Shown here one piece after another: positions 53,107-61,884 of a stretch of DNA of 64,000 bases. A program made the position numbers and the translations under genes. Below the pieces are notes generated by a model, which saw only the letters and a list, made by a program, of their open reading frames with translations, had not been told where the DNA came from and did not search any database. The stretch comes from an uncultured Gemmatimonadales bacterium (GTDB taxonomy: Bacteria; Gemmatimonadota; Gemmatimonadetes; Longimicrobiales; Longimicrobiaceae), in assembly GCA_963716255.1 (NCBI GenBank), contig OY970303.1:6944001-7008000 (forward strand). The letters run 5' to 3'. Numbering within the stretch: position 1 is the first letter of the stretch; each line of letters begins with the position of its first letter.

Positions 53107-53622
53107 CTAAAGCGGGAGCGGCGGCGGGGCGAGGCGAGCGCCCGCGGCGGCGGCCGGGACGTCCCGCACGCCCGCGGCCTGGGGCAGCGTCTCCACGGCG
53201 ACGATCCGGAACCGCCGCGTCCCGTGCGGCGTCGCCACCGCCACCCGGTCCCCGGGCCTGCGGCCGAGCACGGCCTGGCCGACCGGCGAGGCGAGCGTGA
53301 CCTGGTCCTCGTCCAGGTCGATCATCTCTCCCGTCACCAGCGTGTACGACACGCGCTCCCGGGTGTCGAGGTCCTGGAGCACGACGGACGAGCCGAAGCC
53401 GGCGCGGTCGTACCAGAGCGTGCCCGGATCGAGCCCGGCCAGCCCCGCCACCAGCTGCCCCAGGCGCCGCACGCGCCCCTGGATCCCGCGCTCGCGCTCC
53501 CCCACCGGCGGGCTCACGCGCACCTCCACGTCGCCGGCCGCGCCCGCGGGCACGGCGTCGGTCACCTCCTGGGCGAGCCTTTCCAACTCGGATCCCAGCC
53601 TCGCTCTCAATTCCAGCAGCAT
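53107..53622 (-). CDS. GreA/GreB-family protein lacking the catalytic tip motif (Rnk/Gfh1-like)
   Basis: C-terminal Gre domain GFGSSVVL...YTLV...VTLASPVGQAVLGRRPGD; helical N-terminus with no GDLxENxEY. ATG 53622 follows GGAGG; alternative ATG at 53634. Confidence 0.8.
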   Translation of the reverse strand: MLLELRARLGSELERLAQEVTDAVPAGAAGDVEVRVSPPVGERERGIQGRVRRLGQLVAGLAGLDPGTLWYDRAGFGSSVVLQDLDTRERVSYTLVTGEMIDLDEDQVTLASPVGQAVLGRRPGDRVAVATPHGTRRFRIVAVETLPQAAGVRDVPAAAAGARLAPPPLPL

Positions 53623-53658
53623 CGTCTCCTCCATGGCGGAAGGCACCCCTTTCCATCC

Positions 53659-53686
53659 CGGTCTCGCGAGGCGGCGCTTCGTTACG
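53659..53686 (-). promoter_or_regulatory. Putative ECF-sigma promoter of the Gre-like gene
   Basis: CGTAACG-N13-CGAGACCG on the minus strand; same motif and spacing at 53776 (+) and 55352 (-). Confidence 0.7.
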
Positions 53687-53775
53687 GCGCCGGGAACCGG
53701 GGGTCGGCGAGCGGCGAGACTGTTTCCGCCCTGGGGGGTATGACCAGGGGATTCGCGGGCGCCGCGAAAATCGAG

Positions 53776-53803
53776 TGTAACGCGAGCGGCCGTTCCGAGA
53801 CCG
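53776..53803 (+). promoter_or_regulatory. Putative autoregulatory ECF-sigma promoter
   Basis: TGTAACG-N13-CGAGACCG, ~100 nt upstream of the sigma ATG. An AAC in the -35 element is typical of ECF promoters. Confidence 0.7.
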
Positions 53804-53903
53804 TACAGAGAGAGCCCGTACCCGTACCGGGGCGGACAGTGGACGAACGCGCGGCCGGTCGAGTCGATCTCGACCGGCCTCTGCGCATACCACGGAGAAC
53901 ACG

Positions 53904-55148
53904 ATGCGGCAGACGGAATGGGACGGGTTCCGGAGCCCCAAGGAGCGCGCGGGCACGCTGCCCAACAGCAGCCTCCCGCCCCCGGACCCGGGCACGGTGG
54001 AGGACCTGCTGGCCCGCGCGCTCCGGCAGCGCGACGAAGCCGCGTTCGACGCGCTTCTCGATCGCCTGCACTCGCCCATGCTCCGCCTGGCCCGGGTCTA
54101 CGTCCGGAGCCGGGAGGACGCGGAAGAGGTCGTCCAGGACAGCTGGCTGGCCGCGCTCGCCGGGATCGACCGCTTCCAGGGCCGCTCGTCGCTGAAGACC
54201 TGGCTGTTCCGGATCCTCGTGTACCGCGCCCGGACGCGCGGCAGGCGCGAGGCGCGCACGGTCCCCTTTTCGGCGCTCGCGGCGTCCGCGGAGGGCGGGC
54301 CCGGCAGATTCCGGGAGGACGGGTGGATCGGCGAGACGCCGCGAGCCGGGACGGAGCGGTTCCTTTCCGAGTCCATGCACCGCGCGAGCAGCGGGCCCGA
54401 GGACGCGCTCCTCGCGGCGGAGCTGCGCCACCGGATCGAGAGCGCCATCGGGCGGCTGCCGGCCCGCCAGCGGGAGGTCGTCACCCTCCGCGACCTGGAG
54501 GGCTGGTCCGCGGAAGAGGCCTGCGAGCTCCTGGGCCTGACCGAGGCCAACCAGCGCGTGCTCCTGCACCGCGCGCGGGTGCGGGTGCGGGACGCGATCG
54601 TGCCCTACGTGGCGGCTTCCGGGGGCGGCGACGCTTTTCGTACCACGTGCCGCGTGCGGGTGTCGGACCGTCCTCCGCAGAGGCTTGCCGTAGCCGGGGT
54701 GAAGAGATCGGGGTCCGGGCGTGCCCCCGGCTGCGCCGGGGTCGGGAGCATGGGATTCGGGCGTGCCCCCGGCTGCGCCGGGGTCGGGCTTCGGCTCCGT
54801 AGGGCTGCAAACGACGCAGCCCAACGGAGTCGAGCCCCGGCGGAAACAGCCCCGCCGGGTCTCGCCCCTTCGGGCCGGAATCCCTCACGCGGGGTGGACG
54901 CTGGCGCCCGCGAGTGCGGACCCCCTCACCCCCCGGCCCCCTCTCCCCCGCGAGCGGGGGAAAGGGGGAGAACGGCACGGCATCCTTTCCTTCAGAGTTT
55001 TGCGGACGACCCGCTGTGTTGCAGGGCGTCGAGCAGCCTCCTCTTCATCCCGGGCGGGATGCGCTCCGCGGGGATCGCCGCCAGGCGGTCGATGGCCCAT
55101 CGCATCCGGCGGAGCTGTCGGCGGCACCCCGGGCACGCGCGGAGGTGA
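53904..55148 (+). CDS. ECF sigma-70 factor (conserved part to ~54620; the frame runs on through repeat copy 4)
   Basis: Region 2 DAEEVVQDSW...FQGRSSLKTWLFRI; region 4 LPARQREVVTLRDLEGWSAEEACELLGLTEANQRVLLHRAR; GGAG RBS. The true 3' end is doubtful. Confidence 0.85.
   Translation: MRQTEWDGFRSPKERAGTLPNSSLPPPDPGTVEDLLARALRQRDEAAFDALLDRLHSPMLRLARVYVRSREDAEEVVQDSWLAALAGIDRFQGRSSLKTWLFRILVYRARTRGRREARTVPFSALAASAEGGPGRFREDGWIGETPRAGTERFLSESMHRASSGPEDALLAAELRHRIESAIGRLPARQREVVTLRDLEGWSAEEACELLGLTEANQRVLLHRARVRVRDAIVPYVAASGGGDAFRTTCRVRVSDRPPQRLAVAGVKRSGSGRAPGCAGVGSMGFGRAPGCAGVGLRLRRAANDAAQRSRAPAETAPPGLAPSGRNPSRGVDAGARECGPPHPPAPSPPRAGERGRTARHPFLQSFADDPLCCRASSSLLFIPGGMRSAGIAARRSMAHRIRRSCRRHPGHARR
54716..55005 (+). 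repeat. Structured intergenic repeat, copy 4 (42-nt half-unit duplication, core 54759-54891, palindrome 54921-54970, tail)
   Basis: CGGGCGTGCCCCCGGCTGCGCCGGGGTCGGG occurs at 54716 and 54758; the rest is collinear with copy 1 through the tail GCACGGCAT...CTTCAG.GT.TTGCG. Confidence 0.9.
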
Positions 55149-55243
55149 GCGTCCAGCTCCGCTTCGATCTCCGGCGGAAGCGCCTGCTCCAGGTACTCGG
55201 TGGTCCCCGTCGCGACCTGCTCGCACCCGAATGGCCGGTACAT
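54992..55243 (-). CDS. Soluble zinc-binding (zf-HC2/ZAS) anti-sigma factor, 83 aa
   Basis: MYRPFGCEQVATGTTEYLEQAL...DAHLRACPGC (C...HxxxCxxC). It is the C-terminal part of the 631-aa shadow ORF in the track; GAGG precedes ATG 55243. Confidence 0.85.
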   Translation of the reverse strand: MYRPFGCEQVATGTTEYLEQALPPEIEAELDAHLRACPGCRRQLRRMRWAIDRLAAIPAERIPPGMKRRLLDALQHSGSSAKL

Positions 55244-55324
55244 GCGCCTCGTCGCCCCGTTGAAGTCCCGGATGGCCGCGCCACGCACCGGGACCCGCCC
55301 GTCGTGATGTAGCTGCCCGGTGGT

Positions 55325-55352
55325 CGGTCTCGCCGGCCTCCGGGACGTTACA
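55325..55352 (-). promoter_or_regulatory. Putative ECF-sigma promoter of the anti-sigma gene
   Basis: TGTAACG-N13-CGAGACCG on the minus strand, ~80 nt upstream of ATG 55243. Confidence 0.7.
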
Positions 55353-55696
55353 CGGCCGGCCCGCCCGTCCGCACCCCGTCTCCACACCCTCCTGTCCGGT
55401 GTGCCTGCTTCCCGCGACCGGGGAGCGGGCGGATCGGCCGGTGGACGCCGCGCCCGAGCCGGCGCCGGAGGACGACGGGGTGCTCGCGGCCGGCGGCTGA
55501 GCGAGCTCGGCCGGACGACCGGAGATCGCGCGGCGGCGGTGGACCTCGTGGGCGCGCGCCGGCACCCGCGCTTCCGGCTCCCGGCGCCGTACGTCCTCCC
55601 GCGCCGCCCCGGTCTCCCGTGGCCGGACGGTCTGAAACCTGCGAGGCACGCGGCCGTTCCCGTGATCCCATGGGAGCCTTCGCCGCTGGAGAACCC

Positions 55697-56524
55697 ATGT
55701 GGCTGCTCACCCTCAGGTCCATCCTGGTCGCCACGGACCTCGGCGAAGCGTCGCTGCCCGCGCTTCGCACCGCCGCCCGCCTGGCCCCGCTCGCCGGGGC
55801 CGGGCTCCACCTGCTGCACGTCGCGGACGACCCGCCGCCGGGAGGCGAGGCGCGGCTGCGGGAGCACTTCCGTCTCGCCGTGCCGGAGTCGCCCGGGCCC
55901 GACGGCGTCGCGGTGATCCCCGGCTCCCCGGCCGCGGTCATCGTGGAGCACGCGGCGCGGGTCGGGGCGGACGTCGTGATCCTGGGACCGCACCGCAGGG
56001 GCGGCGCGGCGGGGGCGATGGGGAGCACGGCGGCGAGCGTGGTGGCCGCCGCCCCGTGTCCATGCCTGGTGGCGGCGACGGAGCTCCGCCTGCCGCTGGA
56101 GCGCGTCGTCGTCCCCGTCGACCTTTCGGAGATCGCGGGCGGGGCGCTGTCGGTGGCGCTCTCCTGGGCGTCGGCGCTGCGCCCGCGGGGCGGCGATGCG
56201 CGCCTGACGGCGCTGCACGTGGCGCCGGACCCCGCCGCCCCGGCCGCCGGCCAGGCCGTGGGCGAGGAGGTCCGGCGGGCGCGTGACCGGGCGGGCGGAG
56301 CGGCACGCGTCGAGATCCGCGAGGTGGTCGCCCCCGGCTCCGATCCGGCGCGGGAGATCCTGCGCGGAGCGGTCTCGGCGTCGGCCGACCTGCTGGTGAT
56401 GGGAACGCGCGGGACGGCCGGCGCGGCCCCGGGGCTGGGGAGCGTGTCGGCCGCGGTGGCGCGCGAAGCGCCCTGCCCGCTGCTGCTCGTGCCGCCGGCG
56501 GCCTGGCGGGAGCAGGGCGCCTGA
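55697..56524 (+). CDS. Universal stress protein (tandem Usp domains)
   Basis: ILVATD...DVVILG...MGSTAASVV...PCPCLV and VVVPVD...DLLVMGTRG...LGSVSAAVAREAPCPLLLV; GGAG precedes ATG 55697. Confidence 0.88.
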   Translation: MWLLTLRSILVATDLGEASLPALRTAARLAPLAGAGLHLLHVADDPPPGGEARLREHFRLAVPESPGPDGVAVIPGSPAAVIVEHAARVGADVVILGPHRRGGAAGAMGSTAASVVAAAPCPCLVAATELRLPLERVVVPVDLSEIAGGALSVALSWASALRPRGGDARLTALHVAPDPAAPAAGQAVGEEVRRARDRAGGAARVEIREVVAPGSDPAREILRGAVSASADLLVMGTRGTAGAAPGLGSVSAAVAREAPCPLLLVPPAAWREQGA

Positions 56525-56624
56525 CGGCTCCGGCTCCGCCCGGCGCGCATACCCGGCGTCCCACGGCGGCGGGCCGGTTCCCGCGACGTGGAGGTGAGCG
56601 GCGGATGCCACGCACGAGGGCACG

Positions 56625-59375
56625 ATGATCTCCATGCTGCTCGCGCTCTCCCTCGCCGGAAGCTGCGCGGCGTATCCGCTCGGCCGGCGGGCCGGGGGCA
56701 GGGCGGCCGGCTGGCTGCTCGCGCTCCTGCCGGCGGGGCTCTTCGCCGCCTTCCTGCGCTTCGCGCCGGCGATCGAGGCGGGCCGCGTCATCACCGAGCG
56801 GCGGGCCTGGGCGCCCTCGCTGGGGGTCGAGCTGGCGCTGCGCCTGGACGGGTTCTCCTTCCTCTTCTGTCTGCTCATCACGGGCATCGGCGCGCTGGTC
56901 GTGGTCTACGCCGGCGCCTACCTCACCGGGGAATCGGACGCGGACCGCGCCCGCTTCCTCGCCCTGGTCCTGTTCTTCATGACGGCGATGCTGGGCGCCG
57001 TCCTCGCGGACGACCTGCTCGTCCTGTTCCTCTTCTGGGAAGCGACCAGCGTCCTTTCCTTTCTGCTCATCGGCTTCGACGCCGGCAGCGCGTCCGCGCG
57101 GCGGTCCGCGCTGATGGCGCTGCGCGTGACCGCGGGGGGCGGGCTCGCCCTGCTCGCCGCGATCCTCCTCATCGGCGCGACGCTCGGCACCTACTCCATG
57201 ACCGCTGCGGTCGCGCGGGCGCCCGAGCTGGCGCGGAGCCCGTGGGCCCTGCCGATCCTGGCCGGGCTCCTCGTCGGCGCGTTCACCAAGTCGGCCCAGT
57301 TCCCGTTCCACTTCTGGCTCCCCAACGCCATGCAGGCGCCCACGCCCGCCTCGGCGTACCTGCACTCGGCGACGATGGTGAAGCTGGGCGTGTACCTGCT
57401 GGCGCGCTTCGAGCCGGTGATCGGCGCGGTGCCCGGGGGGCGCGACACCCTGGTCGCGGTCGCCCTCGCCACGATGCTGGTGGGCGCGTACCAGGCGCTG
57501 CGCGCCGAGAACTTCAAGGCCGTCCTCGCCTACTCGACGGTGGCGTCGCTGGGGATCCTGGTCATGCTCGTGGGGCTGGACGGGCCCATGGCGAGCGTCG
57601 CGACGGTCGGCTTCATCCTCGCCCACGCGCTGTACAAGGCGACGCTGTTCTTCTGCGCGGGCACCGTGCTGCACGCCACCGGGCTGAGCAAGCTGCGCCA
57701 GATGGGCGGGCTGCGGCGCTTCCTCCCCGTCACGGCCGCGGCGGCCGTGCTCGCCAGCCTGTCCATGGCGGGGTTGCCTCCCTTCCTGGGGTTCATCTCC
57801 AAGGAGTTCCTGTTCGAGGCGCAGATCCGCAGCTCCCGGGACGCGGTCCCGGTGGCGGTGGCGGTGCTCGTCAACGCCGTGATCGTGGGCGTCGCGGGCG
57901 TGGTCACCTTGCGCCCGTTCTTCATGGGCGAGGGGAAGGTGCGGGAGGTCCGGCACCGCGAGGTGCCGGGGCTGCTCGTGGGACCGGTGGCGCTGGCGCT
58001 GCTCGGCCTGGTCATCAGCCTGGAGCCGGACTGGGTGAGCCGGTCGGTGCTGCGCCCGGCGGTGGCCGCCATCTACGGCCAGCCGGTGGAGGTGGAGGTC
58101 GCGCTGTGGCACGGGGTGACGCCCATGCTGGCGCTGAGCGTGGCGGTGGTGGGCATCGGCGCGCTGCTCTTCACCTTCTGGGGCCCCATCCACCGGCGCC
58201 TGCGCACCCGGTCTCCCCTGGACCGGTACGAGGCGGAGCACGCCTACGAAGCCCTGCTCCGGCGGGTGGAGGCCGCCGCGGCGGGGACGGCCGCGCGCGT
58301 CCAGCACGGCGGCCTGCGCGGCTACCTGTGGACCGTGCTCGCCGGCACGCTGGGGTTCGTGGCGTGGGGGCTGATCGCGTCGGGAGCGCCGCCGCGCCTC
58401 CCCGACGGGTGGGGCGGGCTGCGCCCCGGGCCCGCGGCGGCGGCGCTGGTGGGTCTCGCCGGGGGCGTCGCCGCCACCCGGGCGCGGTCGCTGCTGGCCG
58501 CCATGGTCGCGGTGGGGCTGGTGGGGCTGGTGGCGGCGCTCACCTTCATGATGAACGGCGCGCCCGACCTGGCGCTCACCCAGTTCGCCGTGGAGTCGCT
58601 GCTGGTGGTGCTGCTCACCGTCGCGCTGTTCGTGCTGCCGCTGCGCGCGCCCTCCACGCGCACGCGGCGCGAGCGGGCGCTGGACGCCGCGCTGGCCACG
58701 GCCTTTTCGATGGTGCTGTTCGTGGTGCTGCTCGACATGGGCGCGGCGCCGCGGCACGCGGAAGTCTCGGAGTTCTTCGGCGCCCGCAGCTACGTGGAAG
58801 CGTTCGGGCGCAACGTCGTCAACGTCATCCTGGTGGACTTCCGCGGCTTCGACACGCTGGGCGAGACGGCGGTGATCGCGCTCTCGGCCATGATCGCGTG
58901 GTCGCTGCTCGGGCCGCGGTCCCCGCGGGAGGAGCGCGCCGGGGCCGCCGCGACGCCCTCCGCCTTCATCCTCGCCATCACCAGCCCGCTCTTCTTCTGG
59001 CTCCTCCTCGCGCTGTCGGTGGTCGTCCTGCTGCGCGGCCACAACGAGATCGGCGGCGGGTTCGTGGGCGGGCTGACGGCCGCCCTGGCCTTCGCCGTCG
59101 TGTCGCTCGCCCACGGCGTGGAGCGGGCCCGCGCGAGGCTGCGCCTGCACCCGCTCTCGCTGGCCGGCGGCGGGCTCCTGCTCGCGCTCGCGAGCGGCCT
59201 GCCGGGGCTGCTGCTGCACGGCGACTTCCTGCGCCACGTCTGGCTGGAGGTGGACTGGCTGGGGCTGCACCTCAAGCAGGGCACGACCCTGCTGTTCGAC
59301 CTGGGCGTGTACGCGGCGGTGCTGGGCGCCGTGCTCGCCTTCCTCTTCGGCCTGCGGCGGGAGGCGGCCCGGTGA
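56625..59375 (+). CDS. mrpA: Mrp Na+/H+ antiporter subunit A fused to subunit B
   Basis: FLFWE, TKSAQFPFHFWLPNAMQAPTPASAYLHSATMVKLG, APDLALTQF, NVVNVILVDFRGFDTLGE, and MrpB-type LRGHNEIGGGFVGGL...FDLGVY. Confidence 0.93.
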   Translation: MISMLLALSLAGSCAAYPLGRRAGGRAAGWLLALLPAGLFAAFLRFAPAIEAGRVITERRAWAPSLGVELALRLDGFSFLFCLLITGIGALVVVYAGAYLTGESDADRARFLALVLFFMTAMLGAVLADDLLVLFLFWEATSVLSFLLIGFDAGSASARRSALMALRVTAGGGLALLAAILLIGATLGTYSMTAAVARAPELARSPWALPILAGLLVGAFTKSAQFPFHFWLPNAMQAPTPASAYLHSATMVKLGVYLLARFEPVIGAVPGGRDTLVAVALATMLVGAYQALRAENFKAVLAYSTVASLGILVMLVGLDGPMASVATVGFILAHALYKATLFFCAGTVLHATGLSKLRQMGGLRRFLPVTAAAAVLASLSMAGLPPFLGFISKEFLFEAQIRSSRDAVPVAVAVLVNAVIVGVAGVVTLRPFFMGEGKVREVRHREVPGLLVGPVALALLGLVISLEPDWVSRSVLRPAVAAIYGQPVEVEVALWHGVTPMLALSVAVVGIGALLFTFWGPIHRRLRTRSPLDRYEAEHAYEALLRRVEAAAAGTAARVQHGGLRGYLWTVLAGTLGFVAWGLIASGAPPRLPDGWGGLRPGPAAAALVGLAGGVAATRARSLLAAMVAVGLVGLVAALTFMMNGAPDLALTQFAVESLLVVLLTVALFVLPLRAPSTRTRRERALDAALATAFSMVLFVVLLDMGAAPRHAEVSEFFGARSYVEAFGRNVVNVILVDFRGFDTLGETAVIALSAMIAWSLLGPRSPREERAGAAATPSAFILAITSPLFFWLLLALSVVVLLRGHNEIGGGFVGGLTAALAFAVVSLAHGVERARARLRLHPLSLAGGGLLLALASGLPGLLLHGDFLRHVWLEVDWLGLHLKQGTTLLFDLGVYAAVLGAVLAFLFGLRREAAR

Positions 59376-59755
59376 GCGTCCTGTACGCGTTCGTCGCCGC
59401 AGGCCTTTTCGGCTGCGGGCTGTACATGGTCCTGTCGCGCCACCTGGTGCGGATGCTGCTGGGGCTGTCGCTGCTGACGACCGCGGTGAACCTGGTGCTG
59501 TTCCAGGCGGGCCGCATCCGGTCGGCGCAGCCGCCGCTGATCGCGGAGGGCGCCGACCGGCTGCACGACTCGGCGGACCCGCTGCCGCAGGCGCTGGTGC
59601 TGACCGCCATCGTGATCGGCTTCGCGCTCAGCGTGATCCTCGTGTCCCTCGCATTGCGCGCCCATCGCGCGCACGGCACGCTCGCGAGCGACGAGATCCG
59701 CTCCGCCGACAGGCTGGGCCATCCCCTCGCCGGACGGCCGGGCGATGATCGCTGA
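59372..59755 (+). CDS. mrpC: Mrp antiporter subunit C
   Basis: GTG overlaps the mrpA stop; ADPLPQALVLTAIVIGF. Confidence 0.92.
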   Translation: MSVLYAFVAAGLFGCGLYMVLSRHLVRMLLGLSLLTTAVNLVLFQAGRIRSAQPPLIAEGADRLHDSADPLPQALVLTAIVIGFALSVILVSLALRAHRAHGTLASDEIRSADRLGHPLAGRPGDDR

Positions 59756-61259
59756 CGCGCTGGCCGGCGGCGCGGCGCTGTGGCCGGTGGCGGTCCCGCT
59801 CGGCGCGGCCGCGCTCACGCTGCTCCTCCGCCGCCGGCCGGCGCTGCAGCGCGGCGTCATGGAGGGGGCGGTGGCGCTCATGCTGGCGGCCGCCGTCCTG
59901 CTGCTGTCACGGGTCGCGCGCGGCGAGGCCGCCGTCGTGGACTTCGGCGGGTGGGGCGCGCCGTTCGGGGTGACGTTCGTCGCGGACGGGCTGAGCGCCG
60001 CCCTGTGCACGACCGCGGGCGTCGTGGCGCTCGCGGTCGCCGTCTTCGCGCGCGCCGACATCCGCGCGCGGCGGCGGCGCGCCGGCTTCGACCCGCTGTT
60101 CCTGGGGATGCTGGCGGCGGTCAACGGCGCGTTCCTCGCCGGCGACGTCTTCAACCTGTACGTCTGGTTCGAGCTGATGCTGGTCACCGCGCTCGGGCTG
60201 GTGACGCTCGACCGGCGGCCCGCCCAGGTCGACGGCGCGTTCCGCTACGCGGCCATGAGCATGCTGGGCGCGACGTTCATGCTGGTGGGCATCGGGCTCC
60301 TGTACGGCGAGACGGGGACGCTCGACATGGCGCACCTGTCCACCCTCCTGGCCGGACGGGCGCCCTCGGTGACGCTCAGCGCCGCGGCGTACCTGCTGCT
60401 GGCGGGCCTCGCGCTCAAGGCGGGGCTGTTCCCCCTCTTCTTCTGGCTGCCCGCCTCCTACCACACGGCGCCCATCACGGTGTCCGCGGCGCTCGCCGGG
60501 CTGCTGACCAAGGTGGCCTTCTACGCCTGCCTGCGCGTGTTCGTGCTGGTGTTCGGGGTGGGCTCCGGCGCGGCGGCCGTCCCGGGGCTGCCGCCGCTCT
60601 TCGCGCTGCTCGCCGCCGCGACGATGCTCGTCAGCGTGCTCGCCGCGATCGCGCAGGTGGACGTCCGCCGGCTGCTCGCCTTCCACGTCGCCGGGCAGGT
60701 GGCGTACCTGGCGATGGGGCTGGCGCTCGCCTCGCGGCTGGGCGTCGCCGCGGCCATCTTCTATACGATGCACACCATGCTGGTGCAGACCGGCCTGTTC
60801 CTGGGCGCCGGCGCGATCGCGCGCGCGGGCGGCGGATACGACCTGCGCAGCGCCGGCGGCCTGATGCGCGACCACCCGCTCTTCGCCTCGCTCTTCGCCG
60901 TGCTCGCCCTGTCCATCTCCGGCGTCCCGCCGCTGTCCGGCTTCTGGGCGAAGCTCCTCGTCATCGACGCCGCCTTCCGCGCCGGCTCGCCGGGCTCCGC
61001 CTGGCTGGCCGTGGCCGCGCTGGCGACCGGCTTCATGACGCTGTACTCCATGAGCATGCTGTGGACGCAGGCCTTCTGGCGGGGGCGCGGCCGCGGGCGG
61101 AGCGCCGCGCGCCGCATTCCGCCCGCCATGCTGGTGGCCGTCGCGCTCATGGCCGCGTGCACCCTGGGGCTGGGGATCGCCGTCGAGCCGGCCGTGCGGC
61201 TCGCGCGGGACGCCGCCCTGCGGATGACGCCCGCCGCCATGCCGGCGAGGGTACCGTGA
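59745..61259 (+). CDS. mrpD: Mrp antiporter subunit D
   Basis: GDVFNLYVWFE, LKAGLFPLFFWLPASY, GLLTKVA, GVPPLSGFWAK. Confidence 0.93.
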   Translation: MIADALAGGAALWPVAVPLGAAALTLLLRRRPALQRGVMEGAVALMLAAAVLLLSRVARGEAAVVDFGGWGAPFGVTFVADGLSAALCTTAGVVALAVAVFARADIRARRRRAGFDPLFLGMLAAVNGAFLAGDVFNLYVWFELMLVTALGLVTLDRRPAQVDGAFRYAAMSMLGATFMLVGIGLLYGETGTLDMAHLSTLLAGRAPSVTLSAAAYLLLAGLALKAGLFPLFFWLPASYHTAPITVSAALAGLLTKVAFYACLRVFVLVFGVGSGAAAVPGLPPLFALLAAATMLVSVLAAIAQVDVRRLLAFHVAGQVAYLAMGLALASRLGVAAAIFYTMHTMLVQTGLFLGAGAIARAGGGYDLRSAGGLMRDHPLFASLFAVLALSISGVPPLSGFWAKLLVIDAAFRAGSPGSAWLAVAALATGFMTLYSMSMLWTQAFWRGRGRGRSAARRIPPAMLVAVALMAACTLGLGIAVEPAVRLARDAALRMTPAAMPARVP

Positions 61260-61606
61260 GCGCGGGCCGCCGGGCGTGGGCCGCGCTCTCGCTCGCGGGG
61301 GTCTTCGTCTACGACCTGGTGGCCGCGTCGCTGGCCGTGGCGCGCATCGTCCTGGCGCCGCGCAGGCGGAACCGGCCCGCGATCGTCGCGGTCCCCGTGG
61401 ACGCCCGCACGGAGTGGGGGGTGGCGCTCTTCGCCTACCTGGTGTCGCTCACCCCCGGGTCCACGTGCCTGCACGTGGCCGACGACCGCCGCACGCTCTA
61501 CGTGCACTTCCTGGACGCGCCCGACGAGGAGGCGCGGGCCGCCGGGATCAAGGCGCTCTACGAGCGGCGGATCCTCGAACTGGAAGGACGGGAGAACCTG
61601 CCATGA
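61256..61606 (+). CDS. mrpE: Mrp antiporter subunit E (short form)
   Basis: GTGA overlap with mrpD; RPAIVAVP...VSLTPGS...LYVHFLD...YERRILE. Confidence 0.85.
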   Translation: MSAGRRAWAALSLAGVFVYDLVAASLAVARIVLAPRRRNRPAIVAVPVDARTEWGVALFAYLVSLTPGSTCLHVADDRRTLYVHFLDAPDEEARAAGIKALYERRILELEGRENLP

Positions 61607-61884
61607 CCACGCCCCATCTCCCGGCGGTGGCGACGGCGCTGATCGCCGCGCTCGCCCTGCCGCTCGCGCTCGCCGCCTACCGGATGGTCCGGGGCCCGGG
61701 GTACGCGGACCGGTTCGTCGCCCTGGACATGCTCACGGCCGTCGTCGTCTCGCTCGCCGCGCTCACCGCGCTGGCGACGGGCCGCGGCGCCTTCCTCGAC
61801 ATCGGGCTGGGCGTCGTGCTGATCAACTTCGTGTCCACCTGCGCCTTCGCCACGTTCCTGGAGCGGAAGCGGGGCCGGCCGTGA
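61603..61884 (+). CDS. mrpF: Mrp antiporter subunit F
   Basis: ATGA overlap; RMVRGPGYADRFVALD...NFVSTCAFATFLE. Confidence 0.88.
   Translation: MTTPHLPAVATALIAALALPLALAAYRMVRGPGYADRFVALDMLTAVVVSLAALTALATGRGAFLDIGLGVVLINFVSTCAFATFLERKRGRP

Noticed and set aside
54716..54790. 42-nt-period tandem repeat as a CRISPR array
   Set aside because: Only two units, the same spacer recurs in copy 3, and there are no cas genes. It is part of the dispersed repeat.
55633..55658. TGAAAC-N16-CGTT as an ECF promoter for the usp gene
   Set aside because: Single occurrence, differs from the three-copy motif, and could arise by chance.
56625..59375. Membrane-bound hydrogenase or NADH dehydrogenase subunit
   Set aside because: A full mrpC-G set follows, and no hydrogenase or nuo catalytic subunits are present.
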